A stretch of DNA of 64,000 nt from an uncultured Chloroflexia bacterium (GTDB lineage Bacteria; Chloroflexota; Limnocylindria; QHBO01): positions 672,001-736,000 of the forward strand of contig CAWHAZ010000005.1 in the NCBI GenBank assembly GCA_963827475.1, read 5' to 3'. This document shows, in pieces, positions 18,446 to 30,117 of the stretch; position 1 is the first letter of the stretch, and every line of letters begins with the position of its first letter. The notes below the pieces were generated by a model. That model was not told where the DNA came from, made no database searches, and saw only the letters and a list, made by a program, of their open reading frames with translations. The position numbers were made by a program, and so were the translations under genes.

Positions 18446-19627
18446 ATGGCAGTAAAGGTCCTGGTCGTCGACGACGACCTCAACATCCAGCGCGTCCTGA
18501 GCTTCACCCTCAAGCAGGAGGGGTTCGACGTCCTGCTGGCCGGCGACGGCGAGACCGGCATCGCACTGGCGGCGGAGCAGTCGCCGGACCTCATCCTCAT
18601 GGACGCCGCCCTGCCGGGCATCGACGGCTACCAGGCCATCACGCGGATCCGCGGCGCGGAGGCCGCGGGTCATCGCGTCCCGATCCTCCTCCTCACCACC
18701 GAGGCCGACGTCGTCCAGCGGGTCAAGGGACTGCGGGCGGGCGCCGATGACGACATCGTCAAGCCGTTCCACCCGGCCGAGCTCATGGCTCGCATCCGGG
18801 CCCTGCTGGCCCGCAGCGGCCTTGGCGGCCCGCGAGCGGGATCGGTCCAGGCGACGCTGCGGCGGGTGATCGTCTTCTACGGCGCGAAGGGTGGGGTCGG
18901 AAACACCACGCTGGCGATCAACACCGCCATCGCCCTCGCCGCCGAGCACAAGCGCCGCGTCGCGCTGGTGGACGCCAACCTGCAGTTCGGCGATCTGCGC
19001 GTCTTTCTCGACCTCAAGCTCGATACCGCCTCGATCGTCAACGCGATGTCCGAACCGGAGCTCGACGCCGATCTCCTCCGGCGGTTGGTCGTGTCCCATT
19101 CATCGGGGATCGACCTCCTGCTGGCCCCGACCGCCCCCGAGCAGGCCGATGTCGTGGTGGAGAGCCACCGCGCGTCGCCCGACGCGCTGTCGCACGTCGT
19201 GGACCTCATGCGCGGTCTGTACGACTACACCGTCATTGACGCCCAGCGGAGCCTGGACAACATCACGATTCACCTGTTCGACGAAGCCGACGTCGTGTAC
19301 GTGATCCTCACCGCCGACCTGTCGTGCCTGAAGAACGTCCAGCTCGTGCTGAAAACCATGAACGAGCTCGGGTATTCCCGGGACAAGGTCCAGCTCGTCC
19401 TCAATCGCTCGAACGCGTTCACCGGCATCAACATCGCCAACGCCGAGAGCGTCCTCGGGCGACCGATCAGCCACAAGGTGATCAACGAGTATCGTGGCGC
19501 CATCGGTGCGCTGAACTCCGGCGCCCCATTCATGATCAGTCGTCCCGGGAGCCCGCTCGCCAAGGCCGTCAGCGACTTCGCGGCCACCGTCGACAAGGAG
19601 CTGTCGGTCGTCGAGGTCGAGGCCTGA
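18446..19627 (+). CDS. Response-regulator receiver fused to a CpaE/TadZ (MinD-like) domain
   Basis: VLVVDDD, LILMD, VKPF, then GAKGGVGNTT, LVDANLQFGDL, LVLNR. TATAAT near 18379. Confidence 0.85.
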   Translation: MAVKVLVVDDDLNIQRVLSFTLKQEGFDVLLAGDGETGIALAAEQSPDLILMDAALPGIDGYQAITRIRGAEAAGHRVPILLLTTEADVVQRVKGLRAGADDDIVKPFHPAELMARIRALLARSGLGGPRAGSVQATLRRVIVFYGAKGGVGNTTLAINTAIALAAEHKRRVALVDANLQFGDLRVFLDLKLDTASIVNAMSEPELDADLLRRLVVSHSSGIDLLLAPTAPEQADVVVESHRASPDALSHVVDLMRGLYDYTVIDAQRSLDNITIHLFDEADVVYVILTADLSCLKNVQLVLKTMNELGYSRDKVQLVLNRSNAFTGINIANAESVLGRPISHKVINEYRGAIGALNSGAPFMISRPGSPLAKAVSDFAATVDKELSVVEVEA

Positions 19628-19760
19628 CCGAGGCAACCGCCGCCTAATCCCCGCGTAACCGCCCACCCGGACACTTCGGCCGCCGGTCGCCGCCGGATCA
19701 GGGAGGCGAGCAGGCGGCGCCGGCTTTCATTCCTTCGTGCCTGCCTCCGGGAGCGGGGCG

Positions 19761-21260
19761 GTGCTGGCCGAGACGATGAGCGCATCCATCCGTGGGGTGG
19801 AGGCGGTGCCGGTCCGGGTCGAGGTCGACGTCGCGTTCGGCCTGCCCGGACTCACGATTGTCGGATTGGCCGGCAGCGCGGTGCAGGAGGCTCGCGAGCG
19901 GGTCCGGAGCGCCATCCGCAACAGCGGCTTCGAGGTGCCCGCACGCCGGATCACGGTCAACCTCGCCCCGGCCGACCTGCCGAAGGAGGGCACCGCCCAC
20001 GACCTCGCCATCGGCGTCGGCCTCCTCGCGGCATCGGGCCAGCTCGATGCGGAGCTGCGGGCCACCGCGCTGCTCGGCGAGCTCGCTCTCGACGGCTCGC
20101 TGCGCCCGGTGCCCGGCACCCTGGCCCTCGTCGCGGCAGCGCGCGACGCGGGGCATCGCTCGGCCGTGGTCGCCCGCGACGACCTCGTAGAGGCGGCGGC
20201 GGTCTCCGGCATCGTGGTCCACGGGGCGCGCTCGCTGGGCGACGCGGTCGCGCATCTCGCGGGCGTCCGGCCGCTCCCAGCCGCGATGCCCACCCCGCTG
20301 CCGGCCTGGACGCCACCCGCCGCCGCGGTGGACCTGCGCGATGTGGTGGGGCAAGCCGTCGCGCGACGCGCGCTCGAGATCGCACTCGCCGGCGGGCACA
20401 ACCTCGCCCTGGTCGGACCGCCGGGGGTCGGAAAGACCCTCCTCCTGTCCGCGGCGGCCGGCCTGCTGCCGCCCCTCGACGACCGGGAGGCGGTGGAGGT
20501 CAGCCGCATCTACTCGGTTGCCGGGCTGGCGGATCGGCACGTGCCGCTGACTCGCGTTCGGCCCGTCCGCGCTCCGCATCACACCACCTCGGTCCAGGCC
20601 CTCGTCGGGGGCGGGGAGCGGATCCGGCCCGGCGAGGCGAGCCTGGCCCACCGGGGGGCGCTCATCCTCGACGAGCTGCTCCAGTTCCGGTCCGACGCGC
20701 TCGACGCCCTGCGCCAGCCGCTCGAGTCGGGCGAGGTGGCGATCGCGCGGGTCGAGGGGGCGCTGCGCCTGCCGGCGCGCTTCACGCTGCTCACCGCCTT
20801 CAATCCCTGCCCGTGTGGCTGGTTCGGCGCGCGGGCTCGAGCCTGCGACTGCGACCCGGCGGTCGTCCAGCGCTACGGACGCCGCCTGTCGGGGCCGCTC
20901 CGCGACCGGATCGATCTGTGGGTGACCCTGAACGAGCCGCGCCGGGTCCTCGCCGATCGTGACAGCGAGGACAGCGCGACGGTCGCGGGGCGGGTGCGGG
21001 ATGCCTGGACCCGACAGCAGGACCGGCAGGGCGCTCCGAACGCCACGCTCGGCCCGGATGCCCTGTCCGGCGACCTCGGGTTCGGTCCGGACGCCCTGCG
21101 CAGCCTGACGACGCTGGTCCGCGCCCTCCGCCTGTCGCCGCGCCGCGCCCATCGTGCCGCCTGGCTGGGACGCACGATCGCCGACCTGGAGGCGTCCGAC
21201 GTCGTGCGCCCGGCTCACGTCGAGGAGGCCCTCCGCTACCGTCCGCCGGTGGCCGCGTGA
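19761..21260 (+). CDS. comM: ComM/YifB Mg-chelatase-like AAA+ helicase
   Basis: IVGLAGSAVQEARERVRSA, NLAPADLPKEG, GPPGVGKT, RAPHHT, PGEASLAHRG, NPCPCG. Confidence 0.9.
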   Translation: MLAETMSASIRGVEAVPVRVEVDVAFGLPGLTIVGLAGSAVQEARERVRSAIRNSGFEVPARRITVNLAPADLPKEGTAHDLAIGVGLLAASGQLDAELRATALLGELALDGSLRPVPGTLALVAAARDAGHRSAVVARDDLVEAAAVSGIVVHGARSLGDAVAHLAGVRPLPAAMPTPLPAWTPPAAAVDLRDVVGQAVARRALEIALAGGHNLALVGPPGVGKTLLLSAAAGLLPPLDDREAVEVSRIYSVAGLADRHVPLTRVRPVRAPHHTTSVQALVGGGERIRPGEASLAHRGALILDELLQFRSDALDALRQPLESGEVAIARVEGALRLPARFTLLTAFNPCPCGWFGARARACDCDPAVVQRYGRRLSGPLRDRIDLWVTLNEPRRVLADRDSEDSATVAGRVRDAWTRQQDRQGAPNATLGPDALSGDLGFGPDALRSLTTLVRALRLSPRRAHRAAWLGRTIADLEASDVVRPAHVEEALRYRPPVAA

Positions 21261-22498
21261 CCGTCCCGCTCGCCAGTCGCGGTCTGCGGCGCCCGGGCGC
21301 GTGGACGGGGCTCGCCCTCGCCGACCTCGACCCGGATCGCGAACGCCCGTACTGGATCGTCATCGCCCAGGTCCCCGGCATCGGCCCGGTGTCCGTCGCC
21401 CGCCTGGTGGCCCAAGCCGGCAGCCTCCGTGCTGCGTGGGAGGCCGGACTGGTGGAGCAGGTCGTGACGGCCCTTCCCGCCGACGTGCGGAGGGCGGCGA
21501 CCGACCAGGTTCGCCGTGCCCGGGCGCAGGGCCTGCACGCCCTGGCGGCGGAGCTGACCGCTCGCGGCCGTGCGAGGGGCATCCGGCCCCTGACCGCGCT
21601 CGATGGCTCGTACCCGCCCCGCCTCACCCATCTCGATCCGCGACCCGCGGTCCTGTGGGCCGCCGGCGACCCCGCCGCCTGGCAGGCGACCGCGGTGGCC
21701 GTGGTGGGCACTCGCCGCCCGAGCGGTTACGGGCGCGCCGCGGCGGAGGAGATCGGCGATGAGCTGGCGCGCGCGGGCGTCACCGTCGTGAGCGGGCTGG
21801 CGGTCGGCATCGACGCAGTGGCCCACGCGGCCGCGATCGCCGCCGGAGGCCGGAGCGTGGCGGTCCTGCCCTCACCCATCGACCGCATCTATCCGCCGGT
21901 TCATCACGAGCTCGCGAGGCGCCTCGTCCGCTCCGGCGGCGCGTTGCTCAGCGAGCTGCCGCCCGGCCAGCGGCCCGGCCGGCCGGACTTCGCCCGCCGG
22001 AACACGATCATCGCCGGCCTGTCCGAGGCGGTGGTCGTGGTCGAGGCGCCGGACCACTCCGGCGCGCTCCTGACCGCGGATGCGGCCATCGGATACGGCC
22101 GGGAGCTGTTCGCCGTGCCGGGACCGATGGACGCGGCCACCTCGCGCGGGACGAACCGCCTGATCGCCGACCACGTCGCGACCCTGGTCACGTCACCGCC
22201 CGCCCTGCTCCACCTCATCGGTCTGCAGCGGGGGAAATTCCCGGTCAGCGTTCGCTCGCTGTCGGAAGCCGAAGGGCTCGTCCTGGCCGCCATCCTGAAG
22301 CGCTCCGGGTCGATCGAGGAGCTCGCCCCACGGGTCAAGCTGCCCACCTCGCTGCTGGCGGCGACCCTGACCATGCTCGAGGCCCGAGGGCTGGTCACCG
22401 CCTACTCGGGCGCGACCTTCCACGCCACCCTGGAAGCACGGCGGAGCGGGTGGGGAACCACGCCTGCGCCACCGGTTCCGATCGTGGCGAGCGCCTGA
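21257..22498 (+). CDS. dprA: DNA-processing protein DprA
   Basis: VAVVGTRRPSGYG, VSGLAVGID, FARRNTIIAGLS, EAPDHSGALLTA, FAVPG. Confidence 0.92.
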   Translation: MTVPLASRGLRRPGAWTGLALADLDPDRERPYWIVIAQVPGIGPVSVARLVAQAGSLRAAWEAGLVEQVVTALPADVRRAATDQVRRARAQGLHALAAELTARGRARGIRPLTALDGSYPPRLTHLDPRPAVLWAAGDPAAWQATAVAVVGTRRPSGYGRAAAEEIGDELARAGVTVVSGLAVGIDAVAHAAAIAAGGRSVAVLPSPIDRIYPPVHHELARRLVRSGGALLSELPPGQRPGRPDFARRNTIIAGLSEAVVVVEAPDHSGALLTADAAIGYGRELFAVPGPMDAATSRGTNRLIADHVATLVTSPPALLHLIGLQRGKFPVSVRSLSEAEGLVLAAILKRSGSIEELAPRVKLPTSLLAATLTMLEARGLVTAYSGATFHATLEARRSGWGTTPAPPVPIVASA

Positions 22499-22586
22499 TT
22501 GCGTGTTCGGGCTATACTTCGGGCTCCCCTCAAGACCCTCGGGCCGTATACGATGCTGCCCGCCGGTCCGCAGGAGCAACTGTCTA

Positions 22587-24201
22587 TTGCCCTCTCCGTC
22601 GACACAAGTCGCGGGGGACCTTCGCCGATTGGTCGCGTACGCCGCGCCGATACGCCGACATCGGGTCATCACCCATCTCACGGTCGCTGCCACTGCCCTC
22701 GCGGTGGCGGTTGGGATGGCCATCCCTGCCGCACCGGTCATCCAGGCCGGACTCCAGCCTGCCGCCGCGCCAGGAATCCATCCTGCCCGCAAACATCGGC
22801 GAGGGCCTGCCCTCCGGTGAGCCGGTCGTCCTCAAGTTCCCCGGACCGATGGACCGGTCGGCGGTGGCGGCCGCCCTGGGCCTCGCCCCGGCGACTGACG
22901 TCAGCCTGCGCTGGAATGCCGACGGGAGCGCGCTGACCCTCATCCCGGCTCCCCGCTGGGCGGTCGACGAGCGCTACGTCGTCCACGTCCCGGCTGGAAC
23001 GCCGATGGCCGACGGCCGTGGCCTGGCGGCGGACTGGCGGGCGTCATTCACCACCCAGACCGCACCGCAGGTGGTTCGGCTCCGAGTCGACGGCGTGGTC
23101 GACACCCCGTCCCAGCTGCCCGTCATCCGCCAGGAGGTCATGGCTTCGACCGGCCCGCCGGATGCCGCAACAAGCGCCCTGAGCGACGACCTGGAAACCG
23201 ATGCCAGCGCCGGCACCCGCGTCGGTGTCACATTCAGCACCGCCATGACTCCGGCAGCCACCGAGCAGGCGTTCCGGATCTCGCCGGCCACCGCCGGGTC
23301 GCTGGCGTGGGAAGGAACCACCCTCTGGTTCACCCCCGGCGGCCGTCTCGCGGCGGGCACCCGATACACGGTCACCGTGGCCGGCGCTCGCGACGTGGGC
23401 GGCAACCTGATCGGTGGCGACACGAGCTTCAGCTTCACGACCCGACCGCTGGCCCTCGCGCTCACGGTCGCGCCGGGGATCGGTGAGCGCGGCGTCTCGG
23501 CCGCAGCCTCGATCCAGATCAGCTTCAGTCAGCCGATGGACGTCGCCCGGACCGGAGCCGCGGTCAGCCTGACCGATGCCGCAACCGGCCAGGCGATCGC
23601 CGCTTCCGTCTCCTGGAGCGGTGATGCCACGGTCATGACCTTCGACCCGACCGCCGACCTTGGTGCGGGCCGCGCGTACACGGCATCGCTCGGTTCCGGC
23701 GCCCGCGACCTCGACGGGAACCCGGTCACCTTCTCGTGGGGATTCACGACGGCCGGCCCGGCTCGCGTTGCCACGCCGGCCGTCCCGGTCTCCGGGAGCG
23801 GGGCCCAGTACGGGCTGAACCAGGTGAATGCCGCACGCGCGTCGTACGGACGCGCGCCGCTGGCCCTCGACTCGACCATCTCGGCGGTGGCCTACGGCCA
23901 CGCCGCCGACATGGCGACCTACGGCTATTTCAGCCACACGTCGCTCAGCGGGATGACCTATCGGCAGCGTCTCACCGCGGGCGGCGTGTCGTACGGGAAC
24001 TCCGGCGAGAACATCTGCTACCTCGGCGGCGCGTCGGTGGAGGCCACCCTGAACTGGTGCCATGCCCAGTTCATGGCCGAGCCCTTCCCGGGCGGCGGCA
24101 ACCACAAGGACAACATCCTCAGCCCCAACTACCACCGGGTCGGCATCGGCATCGCGATCGGCGGCGGCAGGGTGTACGTCGTCTGGGACTTCACCGACTG
24201 A
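22587..24201 (+). CDS. Surface protein with three Ig-like (Big_5) repeats and a C-terminal CAP domain; frameshift near 22770
   Basis: AGGAG RBS plus TTG 22587 gives a TM segment. Repeats of F-x-x-(P/A)M...Y-x-V...FTT. CAP motifs HAADMA, YFSH, GENI, HKDNIL, VGIG. Confidence 0.75.
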
Positions 24202-24267
24202 GCCGGCGACCGGCGGTAAGCCGCCGGTACCAGCGCCGCGGAAACCCGGTGCTACACTCCCGCACCG

Positions 24268-26517
24268 ATGTCGGGACCCCGGGCCACGGGCGGCGACCTC
24301 GTCATCGTTGAGTCGCCGGCCAAGGCGAAGACCATTGAACGCTATCTCGGCGACGGCTATCACGTCCTCGCCTCGTACGGCCATGTCCGCGACCTCCCGC
24401 GAAAGGGCCTCGGGGTCGACCTCGAGCACGACTTCGCGCCCCGCTACGAGCCCCTGCCGGACCGTGCGGACGAGCTGAAGCGCCTGACAGCCGCCGCCCG
24501 CTCTGCCGGCACGGTCTGGCTGGCCACGGACCTCGACCGCGAGGGCGAGTCGATCGCCTGGCACATCGCCGAGCATGCCGGCATCGATGGGGATCGCATC
24601 CGGCGGGTCACATTCAACGAGATCACCAAGACCGCGATCGAGGCCGCGTTCGCCAGCCCGCGCGACCTGAACCTCGACCTGGTGGACGCCCAGCAGGCGC
24701 GCCGGATCATCGACCGACTGGTCGGGTACAAGCTCAGTCCGCTGGTCGCCAGCAAGATCCGCCGTGGCCTGACTGCGGGACGGGTGCAGAGCGTCGCCGT
24801 CCGCCTGGTGGTCGACCGCGAGCGCGAGATCCAGGCCTTCGTCCCGGTCGAGTACTGGACCATCGGCGCCGACGTGCGCCGCGGGGAGACGGGCGTCGTC
24901 TTTCGGATCGGTCTGACCAAGGTCGACGGCCAGAAGGCGGAGGTCAGCTCCGGCGACGAGGCCGCGGCGATCGTGGCCGGCCTCCGCGAGGCCACGTACG
25001 TGGTCAGCGACGTCACCCGCAGCGAGCGGCGCCAGAACGCGCCTCCACCGTTCACGACGAGCACCCTCCAGCAGGAGGCGTCGCGCAAGCTGGGCTTCAA
25101 TGCCCGGCGCACGATGTCGGCCGCCCAGGCGCTGTACGAGGGGATCTCCCTGCCGGAGGGGCAGGTCGGGCTGATCACCTACATGCGCACCGATTCGGTG
25201 ACCATTGCCGCCAGCGCCGTGGCGGAGGCCCGCGAGGTCATTGCCGGGCGGTACGGGACCAGCTCCGTGCCCGAGCAGCCGAACACCTACCGCACGCGGT
25301 CGCGCGGGGCCCAAGAGGCGCACGAGGCGATCCGGCCGTCGAGCTTCGCCCGGGCCCCGGAATCGCTGGAGGGGGCGCTCAAGCCGGACCACGCCCGGCT
25401 GTACGACCTCATCTGGCGACGAGCGATGGCCAGCCAGATGGCGCCCGCCGTCTTCGATCAGGTGGGAGTGGACGTCGAGGCCGGCCGCTACCTGCTCCAC
25501 GCCGGTGCGCGGAAGCGGATTTTCGACGGCTACCAGGCGGTCTACATCGAGGGACGGGACGAGGAGGAGGACCCGGCAGCACCGAAGCTCCCGGACCTCG
25601 CCGTCGGCGAGACCCTCGAGCTGGTGGAGCTGGTCTCGGACCAGCACTTCACCGAGCCACCGCCGCGCTTCAGCGAGGCCACCCTGATCAAGGCGCTCGA
25701 GGAGCACGGCATCGGCCGTCCGTCGACCTACGCTCCGACGATGGAGGTCATCCGGGCACGTGGCTACGTCGAGCTCCGCGACCGTCGGCTGCACCCCACC
25801 GAGGAGGCGTTCCTCCTGACCGACATGCTGACCGGGCATTTCGCCGATGTCGTCGACCCGGAGTTCACGGCGCGCATGGAAACCCAGCTCGACGAGGTGG
25901 CCGGCGGCCGCCGCGAATGGGTGCCCATGGTCCGCGACTTCTGGGTGCCGTTCGAGGAGCTCGTCCGCCGCGGCAAGGAGGAGATCCCGAAGAACGTCGA
26001 GGAGACCGACATCATCTGTCCGGTCTCCGGCCATCCGATGCTGAAGCGCCTCGGCAAGAACGGGTGGTTCCTCGGCTGCAGCGGATATCCCGAATGCAAG
26101 CACACGATGCCACTGCCGGGCGAGGAAGACCCCGCCCTCGACCTGCCAGGCGCCGGCGAGACGTGCCCCGAATGCGGGGAGGGGACGCTGACCGGCAAGC
26201 GCAGCCGGTTTGGGCCGTTCCTCGGCTGCAGTCGCTATCCGGACTGCAAATACATCCATCGCCCGGAGCCTGATCCTGCCACCGCCGGCCCCGACGGGGC
26301 GGCCCCTGCGGACCTGGAGGGCGTGGGCGAAGTGTGTCCCGAGTGCGGGCAGGGCACCCTGGCCGCGAAGCGTGGGCGGTACGGGCCCTTCGTCGGGTGC
26401 AACCGATACCCGGACTGCCGCTACATCCGTAAGCGGGCCGGGAAGGCGAACGGAGCCTCATCTGGTCGACGGCCACGGCGGCGTGGCGCCAAACGGCGGG
26501 CCTCACCGCGTGCCTGA
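24268..26517 (+). CDS. topA: DNA topoisomerase I
   Basis: [43 protein letters not shown], three C-terminal zinc ribbons. Confidence 0.96.
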   Translation: MSGPRATGGDLVIVESPAKAKTIERYLGDGYHVLASYGHVRDLPRKGLGVDLEHDFAPRYEPLPDRADELKRLTAAARSAGTVWLATDLDREGESIAWHIAEHAGIDGDRIRRVTFNEITKTAIEAAFASPRDLNLDLVDAQQARRIIDRLVGYKLSPLVASKIRRGLTAGRVQSVAVRLVVDREREIQAFVPVEYWTIGADVRRGETGVVFRIGLTKVDGQKAEVSSGDEAAAIVAGLREATYVVSDVTRSERRQNAPPPFTTSTLQQEASRKLGFNARRTMSAAQALYEGISLPEGQVGLITYMRTDSVTIAASAVAEAREVIAGRYGTSSVPEQPNTYRTRSRGAQEAHEAIRPSSFARAPESLEGALKPDHARLYDLIWRRAMASQMAPAVFDQVGVDVEAGRYLLHAGARKRIFDGYQAVYIEGRDEEEDPAAPKLPDLAVGETLELVELVSDQHFTEPPPRFSEATLIKALEEHGIGRPSTYAPTMEVIRARGYVELRDRRLHPTEEAFLLTDMLTGHFADVVDPEFTARMETQLDEVAGGRREWVPMVRDFWVPFEELVRRGKEEIPKNVEETDIICPVSGHPMLKRLGKNGWFLGCSGYPECKHTMPLPGEEDPALDLPGAGETCPECGEGTLTGKRSRFGPFLGCSRYPDCKYIHRPEPDPATAGPDGAAPADLEGVGEVCPECGQGTLAAKRGRYGPFVGCNRYPDCRYIRKRAGKANGASSGRRPRRRGAKRRASPRA

Positions 26518-27484
26518 GCCGGCGGCGCTCACCCGAGACGGGTTCGCGTCCGCCGTCGATCGGTTCACCGCCCACCTCGAAACCCGCCACGCCTCACCCG
26601 GCACGGTGGTCGAGTACCGTCGCCACCTCGGCGAGCTGGGGGCGTTTCTCAGCGGCCGTGGCGCGGACTGGCGGGCACCGGATCGAGCGGACCTGCGGGC
26701 GTGGTTGGCGGTTCTCGCCGCCCGCGAGCTGTCGGCATCCGCGGTCGGCGGCCGGCTCAGCGCGGCCCGCAGCTTCTACCGTCACGCGGTGCGACAGGAG
26801 TGGATCGCCGCGGATCCGATGGTCGGCGTCCGCTCCCCGCGTCGGCCGCGTCGACTGCCGCGGGTTCTGAGCGTGGACGAGGCAGAGCGCCTGGTCGAGG
26901 CTCCGGCCCGCCGGCCGACGGACCGCCCGCTCTCGGATGCGCTCCACCGGCGTGACGCGGCCATCCTCGAGCTCCTCTACGCGACCGGAATGCGGATCAG
27001 CGAGCTCGCGGGTCTGTCCCTGTCCGACGTCGATCTCGGGCGCCGGCGCCTGCGGGTCCTGGGCAAGGGTCGGAAGGAGCGGGACCTCATCTTCGGGCGC
27101 CCGGCAGCCACGGCGCTGGGGGCCTACCTCGGGGTCGGGCGGCCGTTCCTCGCCGCGCGCGGCTCGGCCGCCCCAGGGACCTCGGCCGTGTTCCTGAACG
27201 CGGGCGGCAGCCGGTTGACCGCGCGCGGCGCCCGGCTCGTGGTCGCGCGCTGGGTGGACGCCACCGATCTCGGGAGCCGGACCTCGCCCCATACCCTCCG
27301 TCACTCGTTCGCCACGCACCTGCTGGAGGGCGGCGCGGACCTGCGGACCGTCCAGGAGCTGCTCGGCCACGCCTCGGCCCAGACCACCCAGATCTACACC
27401 CACCTCTCGGACGCCGCCCTGCGGTCGGCCTATCGGTCCGCCCACCCGCGATCCACCGTCCGCGCCGCCCGGCCTCGGCGATGA
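26510..27484 (+). CDS. xerC: Tyrosine recombinase XerC-like
   Basis: [41 protein letters not shown]. Follows topA. Confidence 0.85.
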   Translation: MPEPAALTRDGFASAVDRFTAHLETRHASPGTVVEYRRHLGELGAFLSGRGADWRAPDRADLRAWLAVLAARELSASAVGGRLSAARSFYRHAVRQEWIAADPMVGVRSPRRPRRLPRVLSVDEAERLVEAPARRPTDRPLSDALHRRDAAILELLYATGMRISELAGLSLSDVDLGRRRLRVLGKGRKERDLIFGRPAATALGAYLGVGRPFLAARGSAAPGTSAVFLNAGGSRLTARGARLVVARWVDATDLGSRTSPHTLRHSFATHLLEGGADLRTVQELLGHASAQTTQIYTHLSDAALRSAYRSAHPRSTVRAARPRR

Positions 27485-29064
27485 CCGCCCCGCGCCCCGA
27501 CCTCGCGGCGACGGCCGGCGTGGTGGTCCGCGCCGGCCTGGTGATGACCGCGGCGGCGGTGGTCAGCCGCATCCTGGGCTGGATCCGCCTGCTGGTCATC
27601 GGCGCCGAGTTCGGGGCCACCTCGGAGCTCGACGCCTACCTGGCCGCCTTCCGCATCCCGGATGCCATCTTCCAGCTGATCGTGGCCGGCGCCCTGTCCG
27701 CGGCGCTCATCCCGGTCTATGCCGGCTACCGGGCCCGCGGCGAGGAGGCGGAGGGCTGGGCCCTCGCCAGCAGCATCATCAACCTCGTCGTCCTGGCGCT
27801 TGCCGGCCTGAGCGCGCTGATGGCCATCGCCGCGCCGTGGCTGGTGCCGATCATCGCCCCCGGCTTCGACGCCGAGACGACCGCGCTCACCGTCCGACTC
27901 ACCCAGCTCATGCTGCTCAGCCCGGTCTTCATCGGTCTTGGCGCGGTGGTCAGCGGCCTGCTCCAGGCCCACGGCACGTTCGGGCCGACCGCGGTGGCTC
28001 CGCTCGTCTACAACCTGGCGATCATCGCGGCGGCGGTCTTCGTCGCGCCCACGCTCGGGGTGGAGGCCCTGGCGGCCGGCGTGGTGGCCGGCGCCATCGG
28101 TCACCTCATCGTCCAGCTGCCGGCCCTGCGTCGCCTCGAGCCGTCCTGGCGGCCGCGGATCGACCTCCGCCATCGCGGCGTGCGGCGTGTCTCGGTGCTC
28201 ATGGGCCCACGCTTCCTCGGCCTCGCCGCCGGTCAGGTGAACCTCATCGTCAGCACCGCCCTGGCCTCCGGCCTGGCTGCGGGCAGCATCACCGCCTTCA
28301 CCTATGCGTTCCAGCTCAGCCAGCTGCCGGTGGGGATCATCGGCGTGTCGATCGCGGTTGCCATGTTCCCGACCCTCTCGCGCGACGCCGCCCTCGGGCG
28401 CGCCTCCGAGATCCGGCGCCAGGTCAACGCGTCCATCCGGGTGCTGTTCTTCATCTCCGCCCCGCTCGCCGTGCTCATGATCGTGCTCCGCGAGCCGCTG
28501 GCATCGGTCTTCTTCGAGTACGGCCTGTTCGCCGCCGAGGACGCGGAGCGCACCGCGTCAGCCCTCGCCTGGTTCGCGATCGGGGTCCCGGCTCACGTGG
28601 TGGTCCACGTCCTGGCCCGAGCGTTCTACGCGATGCAGGACACCTGGACCCCGGTCGTCTGGGCGGTGGTGGCGGTGGTCGCCAACATCGTGCTCATGTT
28701 CGCGCTGGTCGACCCGTATGGCGTGGAGGGTCTGGCCCTCGCCCTCTCGGTCAGCGCCACGCTCGAGGTCATCGGCCTGCTCGTCGCGTTGCGTCGACGG
28801 CTGGGAACCCTCGACGGGCGGTTCCTGCTCGCCTCCATGGCCCGCTCCAGCCTGGCCACGGTGGTGGCGGGCTTCGCGATGTTCGCGAGCCTCGCGGCCC
28901 TGGACGCCGCTGCCCCCGCGTTGACCGATGGCGCGATCGGGCGGCTGGTCACGCTGCTGGTGCCGGCGGCGGTCGGCGGCATCGTCTACCTGCTGGCCGC
29001 GGTCCTGCTCCGGGCGCCTGAGCTGCCAACCGTCCGGCGGTTGCTCAGCGGCGTCCGCCGATGA
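27481..29064 (+). CDS. murJ: Lipid II flippase
   Basis: [37 protein letters not shown]. Confidence 0.92.
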   Translation: MTAPRPDLAATAGVVVRAGLVMTAAAVVSRILGWIRLLVIGAEFGATSELDAYLAAFRIPDAIFQLIVAGALSAALIPVYAGYRARGEEAEGWALASSIINLVVLALAGLSALMAIAAPWLVPIIAPGFDAETTALTVRLTQLMLLSPVFIGLGAVVSGLLQAHGTFGPTAVAPLVYNLAIIAAAVFVAPTLGVEALAAGVVAGAIGHLIVQLPALRRLEPSWRPRIDLRHRGVRRVSVLMGPRFLGLAAGQVNLIVSTALASGLAAGSITAFTYAFQLSQLPVGIIGVSIAVAMFPTLSRDAALGRASEIRRQVNASIRVLFFISAPLAVLMIVLREPLASVFFEYGLFAAEDAERTASALAWFAIGVPAHVVVHVLARAFYAMQDTWTPVVWAVVAVVANIVLMFALVDPYGVEGLALALSVSATLEVIGLLVALRRRLGTLDGRFLLASMARSSLATVVAGFAMFASLAALDAAAPALTDGAIGRLVTLLVPAAVGGIVYLLAAVLLRAPELPTVRRLLSGVRR

Positions 29065-30117
29065 CCTTCCGGCCCGCGACCGACGCCGATCGGGAGGCGT
29101 GGCAGGCCCTGCTCGGCAACGTCCACTCGGGCGACTTCCTCCATGACTGGGGCTGGGCGGATGTGGCGGCTTTCGACGGCCAGCCACAGCGCCGTTTCGT
29201 GGTCGAGGAGGACGGCGTGCTGGTGGCGCTGGCGGCGGCCCAGGTGCGCCCGATCGGCCTCGGCCGGACCTTCTGGTACGTCCCGCACGGCCCCGTGACC
29301 GACTACGCCGCCCCGGGCGCAAGCGAGCGAGTTCGCAGCGTCGTCACCGGCCTGGCGGAGGAGGCGACGGCCGATCGGGCAGTCGCGCTCCGCCTGGAGC
29401 CACGGATCGAAGCCGCCGGTCCGGGCCCGATGATGCTGGACGCGGTCGCCCATCGCGTGGCGGAGCGGCTCCAGGTGGGCCAGACCCGCATCGTGGATCT
29501 CGCCGGCGACGAGGAGCTGCTGGCCGGCTTCGACGCCGACACCCGGTACGGGGTCCGGCGCGCGGCCCGCGAGGAGGTCGTCGCCACCGTGGTGACCGAT
29601 GCGGACGATCGCGCCGCCATCGAGCGGCTCCACGGCCTCGTCCGCGAGACGCAGCGCCGGGCGGGCTTCCGCCTGCCGCCGCTGGAGCGCTACTGGACCG
29701 CATGGCAGGCATTGGCCGGCACGGGACGGGCGTGCCTGGTCGAGGGCCGGCGGGGCGACGAGCTGCTGGCCACGGGCATGCTGGTGGTGGAGGGAGAGCA
29801 GTCGTTCTACCTGTTCGCTGGCTCCCGCCGCGAGCCGCCGGGGGAGACGAAGCGGTACGCCTCGTACGCGGTCCAATGGGCCATGATGGGCGAGGCCCGC
29901 GCCCGCGGCGCCCGCCGCCACGACCTGTGGGGCGTGGCTCCGGCCGAACGCGGGGCCGGATCACCCATGGCACGGGGTCGGGTTGTTCAAGAAGGGCTTC
30001 GGAGGCCGCGAGGTGACCTGGGCCGGCAGCTGGGAGATCGTCATCGACCCGCTCGTCTACCGCCTCCGGTCGGCGGCCGCCCGGCTGCGGCGGCGGAGCC
30101 GGCAGGACGTGCCGTGA
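29061..30117 (+). CDS. FemABX-family peptidyltransferase; frameshift near 29950
   Basis: FLHDWGWA, YVPHGP, RYGVRRA, DLWG. Continues in another frame as HPWHGVGLFKKGFGG...VYRL to TGA 30117, overlapping the murE GTG. Confidence 0.82.

Noticed and set aside
23044-26259. Very long antisense ORFs (also 4736..7105, most of 34982..38119 and others)
   Set aside because: Shadow ORFs expected from high-GC codon bias opposite real genes, with no recognisable motifs.
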